From: an uncultured delta proteobacterium
Lineage (GTDB): Bacteria; Myxococcota; Myxococcia; Myxococcales; Myxococcaceae
DNA length: 64,000 nucleotides
Direction of reading: 5' to 3'
Assembly (NCBI GenBank): GCA_963771175.1
Contig: CAVYSY010000006.1
Coordinates: forward strand, 1 to 64,000
Numbering within the stretch: position 1 is the stretch's first letter; every line of letters starts with the position of its first letter. Below are positions 27,148 to 41,768 of the stretch, piece after piece. The notes beneath the pieces are model-generated. The model saw only the letters and a program-made list of their open reading frames with translations, had not been told where the DNA came from and did not search any database. Made by a program: the position numbers and the translations under genes.

Positions 27148-27903
27148 CTACGGCACGCGCTGTCCGCGCACGTCCAGGACGAAGTAGAGGTCCTGCTTGT
27201 TCTTGGCCAGTCCTCCCATCGACGAATAGGGCTCGAAGCCGAAGTCCGAGTGCCGCGCGACCATGATGCCCCGGCCCGCGAGGTGCTGGTCATCCACCGC
27301 CACTTCCAGGGGCAGCACGACCTCATGGGTGGCGCCACGCACGGTCAGGTCACCCTTCACGTCCACCTTGGGATGGCCCCCCTCGCCCCGCTCCTCGGAG
27401 AGCGTGCAGGACTTCGAGGTGAACTGGAGGGTCTTGTGCGTCTCGAAGTCGAGTTGCTCCGGGGTCCGCAGGTGCTCGCGGATCTGGTCGCGGCTGTCCA
27501 CATCGATGCGCTCGAAGCCAGCGAGGTCCCTCATCTCGTCCCGCTCCGGATCCAGCCCTTCCACCTGCACCGTCACCGCGATGGAGCAGCCAGACAGGTT
27601 CGAGGGATCGAACTGGGCCGAGCCCGACCAGTCCGTGGCCCTCACGATGTGGTTGTCGCCCACGGAGCCACCCGCGAAGAGCTGCACGTAGAGGTGGCTC
27701 TTCTCCAGGTCCGACTCGAGGTTGTAGGTGCGCGTTCCGGGCGGGAGGGACGCGAGGCTGCTCGAGCCCACGGGAAAGTCGGTTCGCGCGGGGAAGGTGA
27801 CCTTGCCCAGATCCTCGCCGACCGGCGCTTTGTCGCTGCAGGCGGTGAGGCAAGCCACGCCGAACAGGGTCGTGGTCACGAGGAGAGAGACTCTGCTTTG
27901 CAT
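27148..27903 (-). CDS. YceI family (polyisoprenoid-binding) lipoprotein
   Basis: Lipobox LTAC; REHLRTPEQLDFETHKTLQFTS, VKGDLTVRGATHEV, SDFGFEP. Confidence 0.82.
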   Translation of the reverse strand: MQSRVSLLVTTTLFGVACLTACSDKAPVGEDLGKVTFPARTDFPVGSSSLASLPPGTRTYNLESDLEKSHLYVQLFAGGSVGDNHIVRATDWSGSAQFDPSNLSGCSIAVTVQVEGLDPERDEMRDLAGFERIDVDSRDQIREHLRTPEQLDFETHKTLQFTSKSCTLSEERGEGGHPKVDVKGDLTVRGATHEVVLPLEVAVDDQHLAGRGIMVARHSDFGFEPYSSMGGLAKNKQDLYFVLDVRGQRVP

Positions 27904-27981
27904 GAAGAGGGTCCTTCTTCGGTGGAGTGATGACGGCACGGGGACTTTATCATCGAGAAGGACTCCCACCTCGGGGAGACG

Positions 27982-29286
27982 TCAGTCCTGACCGGCCCCG
28001 AGGGCCCGGAGCATCGTCAGGCTCTTCAGCTCCGTCTCCCGCCACTCCGCCTCGGAGCTCGAGCCGGCGACAATGCCGGCTCCCACGAAGAGCCGCGCCC
28101 AGGCTCCCTTCACCAGTGCCGAGCGCAACCCCACCATCAGGTGCGCCCTCCCCGAGCCCACCCACCCCACTGGCCCCGCGTACCAACCCCGGTCCAGTGC
28201 CTCGTGCGCCTCCAGGAACTCCAGCGCACGCTCGCGCGGCATGCCACCCACGGCCGGGGTGGGATGCAACGCGCCCACCAACTCCCCCACTCCCACTCCC
28301 TCGCGCGACGTGGCGCGGATGCCCGTGCGCAGGTGCACCACGTTCTTCAATGGCAGCAGCGCGGGCTCGGCGTCCGCGTCCACGCGACTGGCCAGCGGGT
28401 GCAGCACCTGGAGGATGTAGCGCGCCACCGTCTGGTGCTCGCGACGCTCTTTGTCGCTCGCCTCCAGCGTCCCAGCCCGCGAGGGCGGCGCGGTGCCGGC
28501 GAGCGCCTCGGTCTCCAATTCCCGCCCCTCCAGCCGGCACAAGGTCTCCGGCGTCGCGCCCAGGAAGGCCGTCCCATCCGGCGCGCGGAAGAGGAAGGTG
28601 GCGCAACGCGGGTTCTGCTCGCGCAACCGGTCCAGCACGTCCACCCGATCGAAGTCGCGCTCGCCCTCCACCTCCACCGACCGCGCCATCACCACCTTCT
28701 GCAGCTCCCCGGAGGCAATGGCCTCCAGCGCGCGCGTCACACGTCCCTCGAAGTCCTTCCGCGACGAGGACTGCTGGAGCTTCTGGGGTCCGCCCCGCAC
28801 GCGGTGGGAGGTGGAGGGGAAGGTGCTCCGCAGCTGCTCCAGCCGCGAGCGCGCCGCGTCCTCCGCTCCCGGTCCCTCGGGCACGAAGGCGGCGGCCCAC
28901 AGCCCGGAGCCGTCGCGCCACACCAGCAGCTCCGGCAGCGTCCAGCGCCCGAAGCCGAAGGGGGCCCACGCCGCGTCCCCGCCGGTGTTCGCGAAGCGCA
29001 TGCCTCCAAACCACGGTCCTGGCAACGCGCCCGGCACGCCCTCCAGCCAGCGCACTCCATCGCCAGCGGCGAGCGCGCCGAGCAACGCCTGGGCCTGGGC
29101 CGAGCTTCGGGCCTCCACCGCGCCCGCCACGCCCCAGCCGGCCACGGCCTCCTGGGCCAGTCGCCGTTCCCAGTACACCCACGGCTCGCCCAGCACTTCC
29201 GTGCCAGCCAGTGGATCCGTCCCGGCCAGCGGGCCGCTCGCGGCGACCCACGGGCCTCTCTCATCTGTGGTCTCGAACGTCTTCAT
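27982..29286 (-). CDS. menF: Isochorismate synthase (MST family)
   Basis: KVVMAR, FLGATPETL, EALAGT, KERREH, LHPTPAVGG, DRGWYAGPVG, LRSALV, GAGIVAGS, ETELK. Confidence 0.9.
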   Translation of the reverse strand: MKTFETTDERGPWVAASGPLAGTDPLAGTEVLGEPWVYWERRLAQEAVAGWGVAGAVEARSSAQAQALLGALAAGDGVRWLEGVPGALPGPWFGGMRFANTGGDAAWAPFGFGRWTLPELLVWRDGSGLWAAAFVPEGPGAEDAARSRLEQLRSTFPSTSHRVRGGPQKLQQSSSRKDFEGRVTRALEAIASGELQKVVMARSVEVEGERDFDRVDVLDRLREQNPRCATFLFRAPDGTAFLGATPETLCRLEGRELETEALAGTAPPSRAGTLEASDKERREHQTVARYILQVLHPLASRVDADAEPALLPLKNVVHLRTGIRATSREGVGVGELVGALHPTPAVGGMPRERALEFLEAHEALDRGWYAGPVGWVGSGRAHLMVGLRSALVKGAWARLFVGAGIVAGSSSEAEWRETELKSLTMLRALGAGQD

Positions 29287-29391
29287 GGGGGCAGTCCCGG
29301 AGAGCGATTCCATCCGCTTCGTAGGTACGCTCGGCCCCAGCCCACGGCCGTCACCGGCCGGGGGCCCCGCCCCTGGAGCCTTCCGCTTCCT

Positions 29392-30447
29392 CTAGAAGAG
29401 ACAGAGGAACGGAGGCGGTGCGCCGGATACATCCTCCGGCGGCGGAAGACCCGAGAACAGCTGGAGCGAGGCCACGGAGATCTGCCCCCCCACCGCCGGC
29501 AACTCGAGCGGGAAGAACTGGTAGGGCCGGCCAATGTCCGGGTTGGTCACGGTGTCCACCGGGATGTACGTCACCGCGGGCGGCGTGGTCGCGCCCGCGG
29601 GCACCACCACCACCGTCACGCCGATGGGGCTCGAGCCGACCCCCTCCTTCACGTAGAAGCCGCGCGTGGATTGCTCCGCGGCGGGAAGCGACCCCGGCTC
29701 CGCCCAGTCGATGTCGTACTTGGTGCCCGCGGAGACCTCCAGGGTGGTGTTTGCCGCCGGCGTGATGAGGCTGGGCAGGAGCGCCGGCTCGTACAGCCAG
29801 AACACGGACACGGCGGCGAACTTGGAGGGCTCCAGCAGCTCCATCACCGCGGTGCTCTGGCCGTGCGCGGTGCGGTATTTGGCCACGGCCTCCAGCACGC
29901 CGTTGTCGCTCGCGTGCGCCGCCTCCTGGAAGTAGCAGCCGGCACTGGTGGTGAAGATGGGCCGCGCCGTCATGGTGGGCAGGTAGCGCGCCGGGGGCAC
30001 CGGGGGCAGTGGCGGCGCGGGAAAATCCGGGGGCAGTTCCCCCAGCTTGCCCTCACCGGTGGTGACGATGAAGTACGGCACCTCCTTGCGGCCGGGCACG
30101 CCCTCGATGCGCCAGAGGCCGTCGGGGCCTGACTGCTGGGGGGCTCCCGTGGGCGCTCCCGCCACTGGATCAATGGCCATCACCGAGGCGCCCTGCACCA
30201 CCGCGGTGGCGAAGAGCGGCACTCCATCCGCCAGCATGGGCGGGATGGGGCAGGCGGGGCCGCCGCAGGCCTTCACGTTCATGAAGAAGGCCTCCGGATC
30301 CCACGCATAACCGGCCACGATGCTGGTGGGCGTCACCGGCTCCACGAAGAGCGAATCAGGCGAGCCCGGTGGAGTCGGGGCCTCGGGAAGACAACCACTC
30401 CCCAGAAGAGAGCCAGCGACAAGAGCGAAGAGGGATGCGCGATTCAT
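29392..30447 (-). CDS. Hypothetical Pro-rich lipoprotein
   Basis: Signal peptide ending LLGSGC; 351-aa ORF 16 bp downstream of the multiheme cytochrome gene. Confidence 0.75.
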   Translation of the reverse strand: MNRASLFALVAGSLLGSGCLPEAPTPPGSPDSLFVEPVTPTSIVAGYAWDPEAFFMNVKACGGPACPIPPMLADGVPLFATAVVQGASVMAIDPVAGAPTGAPQQSGPDGLWRIEGVPGRKEVPYFIVTTGEGKLGELPPDFPAPPLPPVPPARYLPTMTARPIFTTSAGCYFQEAAHASDNGVLEAVAKYRTAHGQSTAVMELLEPSKFAAVSVFWLYEPALLPSLITPAANTTLEVSAGTKYDIDWAEPGSLPAAEQSTRGFYVKEGVGSSPIGVTVVVVPAGATTPPAVTYIPVDTVTNPDIGRPYQFFPLELPAVGGQISVASLQLFSGLPPPEDVSGAPPPFLCLF

Positions 30448-30463
30448 CTGAGAGGCTCCGGCT

Positions 30464-32371
30464 CTACTCGGGGAGGTAGTGCGTCGAGGGCGTCTTGTCG
30501 ACGTGACAGGCCTGGGCGCAGTTGCTGAAGCGGCTGGGCACCCCCGAGTTGACGAAGTTCAACAAGTAGAACTCGTTGGTGTGCGTCGACGGGTGGCAGG
30601 ACTGGCAGGTGGACAGGCTCGGCCGCACCGCGCTCTGGCGCGTGAGGTGGCACATGCGACAGTCCGCCTTGTCCTCGGGGTACTTGTTCGACAGCATGTG
30701 CAACCGGTGCATCTCCTCCTGGAAGCGCCCGGGGTAGTCCGCGCTGCCCATGTGGCACGCCTTGCACGACTCGATATGGTCCACCGAGAAGCCGTGGCGC
30801 AGGTTGTCCAGCGACACCACGCCGCGGTGGCATATCTGGCAGTTGCCCACCTGGTTCGGATACGAGGTGGGCTCGGACTGACCCACCTGGAAGAAGGCGA
30901 CGTTGCCCTTGGTCACGCGCTCGCCCATGAACTGGCGGTTGGCGCGCACCACCACCGCGTACGTGCCCGGTTTGGCATCCTTCGGCAGCGTGAGCGTCGC
31001 GCGCGTGGGCCATTGGGTGGTGAACAACCCCGCGAACACCGGCATGGAGGCCAGCTCCGGCACCACGGAGGTGTAGAGATCACCGCCCGAGCTGTAGAAG
31101 GGGCGCGGCGAGGCCACGCTGCTCCAGGTCTTCAGCTCATGGATGGGACCCACCACCTGGTACGAGGTGGTGATGTCGCGCTCGTCCAGGGCGGAGAAGT
31201 GGCCGGCGTAGGCGTAGAGCAGCCCGTTGCCACCGCCGCCGAAGAACTCCGCGTAGCTGGGCAGCATGTCCGAGCGGTGCAGGCGGTTGCCATCACCGTC
31301 GCGCAGATCCAGGAACAGGTCGAAGGTGTCGCCCGGCTGGTAGAACGCACTGTTGCTCGGCCGGCTGAGCTTGACTCGGGGCTCCAGGCCGAAGCCGCAG
31401 GGCGTGAGCGAGTCGTCATCCTTGAAGCAGGTGGGGGGCACGTCCTGGGGCTTGATGAAGGTGACGGGGAAGTAGAAGGGCTCGTTGGGCAGCTGGCTCC
31501 AGGTGATGCGGATGGCGCCATCGCCGCTGACGCCCAGCACCCGGAAGCTCTTGAAGGGGTTGGTGGAGCCCGCCAGCTCCACGCGCACCAGCGAGCGGTA
31601 GGTGACGGCCGAGGGGATGAAGGGCACGGGGCTCGGCGCCGGGCGCAGCTCCTCGTCCCCCACGTAGCGCGGCGCCAGCACGCCCTCCGCGTTGTAGGCC
31701 ACATGCGTGTGACCGGCCACCCAGGACTCCCCCAGGAAGTCCTTGCGCGCGTACTCGAGGGTCTGGCGCACCGTCCCATCGTGATCGAGCACCTCGACTT
31801 TGAAGGTGTCGTTCTTCTCCAACATCCAGTTGGCGTTGTTGAAGGACAGTTCCCGGGTCCAGGAGCCCGGCGTCTGGGAGGCACCCCACCGCTCGTCCTG
31901 CTTGCCGAGGTTGCTCCAGTCCAGGTTCTTGAAACGCGACTCCTTGCGCATCCACCGGCTCACCGCCGCCAGGTCGCTCGCGTTCGTGTGGACGTTCACC
32001 ACCGAGTCAATCAGGGTGATTTGATTGAGGAAGTAGTTGGTGTCCGTCATCAGGTAGAAGCGCCCCGTCGGCACCACCTTCGGCTCGTGGGTGTGATCCA
32101 GGGACGCGGGGTTGTCGCACTCGGCCGGGTAGCCGGGGATGGGCGAGTCGCCCCTGGCCACCGGCTGGCCATTGGCCAGGATCGCGCACCCGTCGAACAT
32201 CTGCAGGCCGAGCTTGATGGCACCCGACGCCGAGGCCGCGTACGGATCGAACGACTTGGACCCGCGGCCCACGGCATCCTCCGGATCCTCGGTCTTCAAC
32301 AGCTCACAGGCTGGCAGTCCCAACAGCAGAAGACCGTACACCGCGCTTCTCAACAGCATGGAAGCATTCAT
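30464..32371 (-). CDS. Multiheme cytochrome c lipoprotein (5 heme motifs at the C-terminus)
   Basis: Lipobox LPAC; CQICH, CKACH, CRMCH, CQSCH and CAQACH. Confidence 0.85.
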   Translation of the reverse strand: MNASMLLRSAVYGLLLLGLPACELLKTEDPEDAVGRGSKSFDPYAASASGAIKLGLQMFDGCAILANGQPVARGDSPIPGYPAECDNPASLDHTHEPKVVPTGRFYLMTDTNYFLNQITLIDSVVNVHTNASDLAAVSRWMRKESRFKNLDWSNLGKQDERWGASQTPGSWTRELSFNNANWMLEKNDTFKVEVLDHDGTVRQTLEYARKDFLGESWVAGHTHVAYNAEGVLAPRYVGDEELRPAPSPVPFIPSAVTYRSLVRVELAGSTNPFKSFRVLGVSGDGAIRITWSQLPNEPFYFPVTFIKPQDVPPTCFKDDDSLTPCGFGLEPRVKLSRPSNSAFYQPGDTFDLFLDLRDGDGNRLHRSDMLPSYAEFFGGGGNGLLYAYAGHFSALDERDITTSYQVVGPIHELKTWSSVASPRPFYSSGGDLYTSVVPELASMPVFAGLFTTQWPTRATLTLPKDAKPGTYAVVVRANRQFMGERVTKGNVAFFQVGQSEPTSYPNQVGNCQICHRGVVSLDNLRHGFSVDHIESCKACHMGSADYPGRFQEEMHRLHMLSNKYPEDKADCRMCHLTRQSAVRPSLSTCQSCHPSTHTNEFYLLNFVNSGVPSRFSNCAQACHVDKTPSTHYLPE

Positions 32372-32472
32372 TCGGTAGGGGGGGCGAGGGGGAGTGAGGT
32401 GGACGGAAAGTGCCGCGGGAGCTCAACGAACCGGCGGGCGCTCACGAGCACCCGCCGGCTCGGGCCGGAGGC

Positions 32473-33414
32473 TCAAGGGTTGGACTGAGCGACCTGCACC
32501 TTGGAGGGAAGCGCGGGCTTGGACTTGATGTACTCGTAGAGCGCCTCCAGGTCCTCTGGCTGCAAGCCCCGGAAGCGAGGCATGGGGGCGCGCAGCACGC
32601 CGGCGCCGTTGGGGCGCAGGCCGTTCTGCAGCGCCACCGTGAAGTCCTGCAGGGACCACTTGCCAATCCCGCTGTCGTGGAAGGTGATGTTGGGGGCGAT
32701 GACCGTCGCGCCGGACGGATCCTGGAACTCGAACCCGCCGGAGAAGGCCTCGGGCCCCTCGCCCTTGGCCATGTCGAAGCCCGGCGTGTGGCAGCCCGCG
32801 CAGTCGAAGACGTCGTGCGCCAGGTAGCGGCCATAGGCCAGCTTGTCCGTCTTCGGCGGCACCGCGATACCGGAGGCCGGCCGCTCCGGAACCGACAGGG
32901 CGCCCGCGAGCGTGAGGAGGACCTTGCCCGGGAAGGAGAGCTCGGTGCGCGGCATCTGCTTCGGATCCGGCGCGAAGAGCGGATCCCCCGAGCGGATGAA
33001 GCCGATCACCGCCGCGATGTCCGCGTCCGCCATCGCGGTGCCGGACATCACCGTCATGCGGTTGTCGTGGCTCACCCCGTACCGGATGATGCGCGCGATG
33101 TCCTCATCCTTCAGCGCGCCAATCCCCGCCGTCGGATGCAGGGTGATGTTGGCCGCCTGGAAGGTCCCCAGGAAGGCCGGGACCTCCATCATCTGGTTGC
33201 CGGAGACCCGCTCGGCGCCGGGCGCCCGGTGGCAGCCCTCGCACATGGAGTGAAAGATGGCGCCGCCTCGCGCCACCGCCTCCGGAGAGGTGTCGGCCTT
33301 GATGGGCGGAGTCGGCGCCGTCACCGGACGCCCCGCCCGGGCCGCGATCACCGCCATCGCGCCCAGCAACAGCACAGGAATCGCCAGCACCACGTACAGC
33401 AGCTTCTTCTTCAC
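32473..33414 (-). CDS. Diheme cytochrome c with N-terminal anchor
   Basis: CEGCH and CAGCHTP, two (A)ANIT/APNIT...GIG motifs, PMP; GGAGG RBS before GTG. Confidence 0.9.
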   Translation of the reverse strand: MKKKLLYVVLAIPVLLLGAMAVIAARAGRPVTAPTPPIKADTSPEAVARGGAIFHSMCEGCHRAPGAERVSGNQMMEVPAFLGTFQAANITLHPTAGIGALKDEDIARIIRYGVSHDNRMTVMSGTAMADADIAAVIGFIRSGDPLFAPDPKQMPRTELSFPGKVLLTLAGALSVPERPASGIAVPPKTDKLAYGRYLAHDVFDCAGCHTPGFDMAKGEGPEAFSGGFEFQDPSGATVIAPNITFHDSGIGKWSLQDFTVALQNGLRPNGAGVLRAPMPRFRGLQPEDLEALYEYIKSKPALPSKVQVAQSNP

Positions 33415-33636
33415 CTTGGCCTACCTCCCACGCGGAACAGCCCATGGACAATGCCCTGGATGACAGCACAGTCCGAGGCATACCTCCAAAATCCTCTAGC
33501 CTCGACTTCCATGAAATATCTACAATCAGAGCGAATTCGTTCAATCAGATATAGTACGGATGTCAAATTATCATAAAGTGAGAGCCCGCGGGGCGGTGCT
33601 CATGCCGAAAGCCCCCGCCCTCATGGAGGAGCACCC

Positions 33637-34545
33637 ATGGAGACCGCGCTTGTCGCACCCCATCCCCTGAAGCTCTGGGTGCTGGCCATCCGTCCCAAGA
33701 CGCTCGTGGCGGGGCTCATCCCCGTGTTGTTGGGAGACGCCCTGGCGGCGCGGGAGGCCCAGCACTCCTTCTCGAAACTGCTGGCGCCTCTCGCCTGGAC
33801 CCTGCTCATCCAGATCGCCTGCAACCTCAACAATGACTACTACGACTTCAAGCGTGGCGCTGATACCGCCGAGCGACTGGGGCCGGTCCGGGTGACCCAG
33901 AGCGGCCTGATGACCCCGGAGATGGTCCTCATGGGCACCCTGGCCTTCTTCGGGGCGGCCATCCTGGTCGGCCTGCACCTGACGAGTCAGCTCGGCCTGC
34001 CCGCCCTGGGGCTGGTGGGGGTCTCGGTGCTCACCGCCCACGCCTACACCGGCGGCCCGTTCCCGCTCGGGTACAACGGACTGGGAGACGTGGCGGTCTT
34101 CATCTTCTTCGGGCTCGTCCCCGTGGCATTGACCTATTACGTCGAGACGCTGCGACTCACACCCCTGGTGTGGGCGATCGCGCTCGTCCCGGGCTTCCTG
34201 GGCATGGCGATCCTCGCGGTCAACAACGTGCGCGACGCGGCGACCGATGCGCGCGCGGGCAAGCGCACCCTGGTGGTGCTGCTGGGCACCCGCTTCGGCC
34301 GGGCTCAGTACGCGACGGTCCTCATCCTGGCGGTCCTCGTGCCGGTGGCCCTGTGGCTGAGCGGTCAGGTGGGGCCCACCATCCTCCTGACCCTGCTCGC
34401 CCTGCCCCTGGCCCGCGTGCCGCTGACGCGGATGCTGCGCGACTCCGGCGCCGTCCTCAACGAGGCGCTGGCCGAGACGGCCCGTTTCGAGCTCGTCTTC
34501 GGCCTGCTCATGACGCTCGGGCTCTGGCTGGACTCCCGCGTCTAG
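33637..34545 (+). CDS. menA: 1,4-dihydroxy-2-naphthoate polyprenyltransferase (MenA-like, UbiA family)
   Basis: RPKTL, NLNNDYYDFKRGAD, YTGGPFPLGYNGLGD, VNNVRDAATDARAGKRTL; polytopic membrane protein. Confidence 0.9.
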   Translation: METALVAPHPLKLWVLAIRPKTLVAGLIPVLLGDALAAREAQHSFSKLLAPLAWTLLIQIACNLNNDYYDFKRGADTAERLGPVRVTQSGLMTPEMVLMGTLAFFGAAILVGLHLTSQLGLPALGLVGVSVLTAHAYTGGPFPLGYNGLGDVAVFIFFGLVPVALTYYVETLRLTPLVWAIALVPGFLGMAILAVNNVRDAATDARAGKRTLVVLLGTRFGRAQYATVLILAVLVPVALWLSGQVGPTILLTLLALPLARVPLTRMLRDSGAVLNEALAETARFELVFGLLMTLGLWLDSRV

Positions 34546-34578
34546 CATCCTTCCCTCCGACCCACTCCGACAGACACC

Positions 34579-39162
<4,584 letters not shown>

Positions 39163-39189
39163 GCCCCCTCCCCTGCCATCCCCCCCCCC

Positions 39190-40208
39190 ATGTCCGGCAT
39201 CCAAGAACCCATCGCCATCGCCGCGCCCGCCAAGGGCTCGTGGCACACCCTCAACTCACCGCTCTGGCCCCACTCGCGCCTCGAGCTCACCACCCCCCTG
39301 CACCTGTTGCTCATGGTCGTCAGCCTGGTGCTGGGCATCCTCTGCTACGCCCACGGCTACACCTTCGATGGCGGCACGCTCGTCTACCTGACGCTGATCG
39401 TCATCTTCTCCCGCCCCTACTACACGCGGGCCTACAAGGGGTGGGCCTTCTTCCTCATCCTGCTGGCGCTCATCCCGGTGGCCAACGTCATCCAGAACAA
39501 GATCATGGAGGCGGGCCAGCTGGCGCACCCGCAGCAGGCCAACTACCTGCTGGGGCGTGTCACCGCCGAGGGGGACGGACCCTTCAAGTGGACGCGCTTC
39601 ATCTACACCGGTCAGGAGCTGCCCTCGCTGGACGGCTCGGTGGACCACCTGCTGCTCAGCTACATGTTCTCCACGTGCTTCATGATGTTCCTGCACGTGC
39701 TGCCGGAGCGCTTCAAGCGGCCCCGCCGCGCCAGCCAGGTGGCCTTCTACGTCTTCTTCGTCGCCTTCACCGGGCTCTTCGCCGTGCTCCCGCTCGTCTT
39801 CCCCAACCAGGCCGGCAACAAGGTGGACTGGCTGTGGCTGATGACGTCGATGAGCTTCGTCTACACGTGGCTCGCGCTGGCCCTCAGCAAGTCCTACCGG
39901 GCGCTGGTGAAGACGCCCGCGATGCTGCTGTGGATGGTGCTCATGGGGCTGATCCTCTCGCCCTCGTTCGAGACGCTCCACTCGTGCATCAACCACGACT
40001 ACTGGTACCGGGCGGAGGCGAACATGACGACGATGTACATGTGCAACGGCGTGGCCATCACGGTGAACGCGCCGTTCTACCACATGGGTTACGCCGTCGT
40101 GTTCCCGGCCTTCCTCGGCCTGTTCATGGACTACCTGCGCAAGCTGGCGGTGAGGGACTCGGCGTTCATCTACACCGCCGAGCTCGGCGAGAGGAGGCGG
40201 CGCGATGA
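39190..40208 (+). CDS. Polytopic membrane protein of unknown function; probable frameshift near 40190
   Basis: Roughly eight hydrophobic segments; the alternative frame ends EEAAR-TGA at 40208, overlapping the next ATG (ATGA). Confidence 0.7.
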
Positions 40209-41621
40209 GCGAGGACTCCTCTCCCGCCACGGCGCCGGGGACAGCAGGCCCCCGGCCCGAGCAGCTGGCGGATGTTCCACCTCTTCTCCGAGTTCGCCAG
40301 CGACGGGCTGGGCACGCTGCACCGGATGTTCTCCCGCCATGGAGACGTCGTGCGCTGGCCCATGCCCCATGACGAGGTGCACGTCGTCTACCACCCCGAG
40401 GGCGTGAAGCACCTGCTGCAGGACAACTACCGCAACTACGTCAAGGGGCCCGCCTACGTCGCCATGAAGCCCATCGTGGGCGAGGGGCTGCTGCTGAGCG
40501 AGGGCGACAAGTGGCTGCGACTGCGCCGGCTCACCCAGCCCCCCTTCCACCGCCACAAGCTGAGCGGCTTCGTGGACACGATGGTGCACTTCGCCCAGGC
40601 CACCTTCGACAAGTGGGCGGAGCCGGTGCGGCGCGGGCAGCTCATCGACGCCGAGAAGGAGATGGTGGAGCTCACCCTGGGCATCGTGGGCGCCACCCTC
40701 TTCAGCGCGCACCTGTCCGGTCAGGCCACGCACGTGGGCGAGGCGGTGACGGACATGTTCGAGGTGCTCGAGCGGCGCGTGAACTCGCTGCTCCCGGTGC
40801 CCCTGTCCCTCCCCACCCCGGCCAACCGCCGCTTCCTCCGCGCCAAGAAGGCGCTCGATGAGGTGGTGGACGCCGTCATCGAGCGCAAGCGACGCACCGG
40901 CCCGGAGACGGAAAACGACATGCTCAGCATGTTGATGCAGGTCCGGGACCAGGACACCGGCGAGGGCATGAGCGACTCCCAGCTCCACGACTCGGTGATG
41001 ACGATGATCATCGGCGGGCACGAGACCACCGCCAACACGCTCGCCTGGACGTGGTACCTGCTCACGCAGAATCCGGACGTGGAGCAGCGGCTGTTCGAGG
41101 AGCTGGACCAGGTGCTCGGCGGCCGGGCTCCGACGCTCGAGGAGCTGCCGAAGCTGCAGTACCTCAACCGCGTGCTGGACGAGGTGCTGCGGCTCTATCC
41201 CCCCGCGTGGATGCTCGCCCGCCGGGCGCTGCGGGAGGACGTCATCTCCGGCTACCGCATCCCCGCTGGCAGCCTCGTCTACTTCTCGCCGTACATGGTG
41301 CACCGCCACCCGACCCACTGGCCGGACCCGGAGCGGTTCGACCCGGACCGGTTCCTCCCGGAGCACAACGAGAACCGCGCCCGCTTCGCCTACTTCCCCT
41401 TCGGCGGAGGACCGCGCCAGTGCATCGGCGGCAGCTTCGCGATGATGGAGATTCAAATCGTCCTGGCGATGGGCCTGCAGCGCTACCGGCCCCGGCTCGC
41501 CCCGGGCCACCAGGTGAGCCCCAAGCTGATGATCACCCTGCGCCCACGCGAAGGCGTCAAGCTGGTGCTCGAGCCGAGGGAGCGCGCCTCGACTCCGGGC
41601 AAGGTGTCAGACGACTCGTAG
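40205..41621 (+). CDS. Cytochrome P450; probable frameshift near 40255 (intact ORF from 40272)
   Basis: [31 protein letters not shown]. Confidence 0.95.
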
Positions 41622-41768
41622 GGGGCGAGGTGTCGGAACGAGTCCTTTGACACCTTCCCGGCCTGGCCTTCCGTGAGGGCAGGCCCGTCTTCGTCGCATG
41701 ATGCCGGTGAAGGCCACGCACTCCGGGGAGCTTGACCCAGGGTGCTGCGCCACAGAAGGCTCCCCCGG

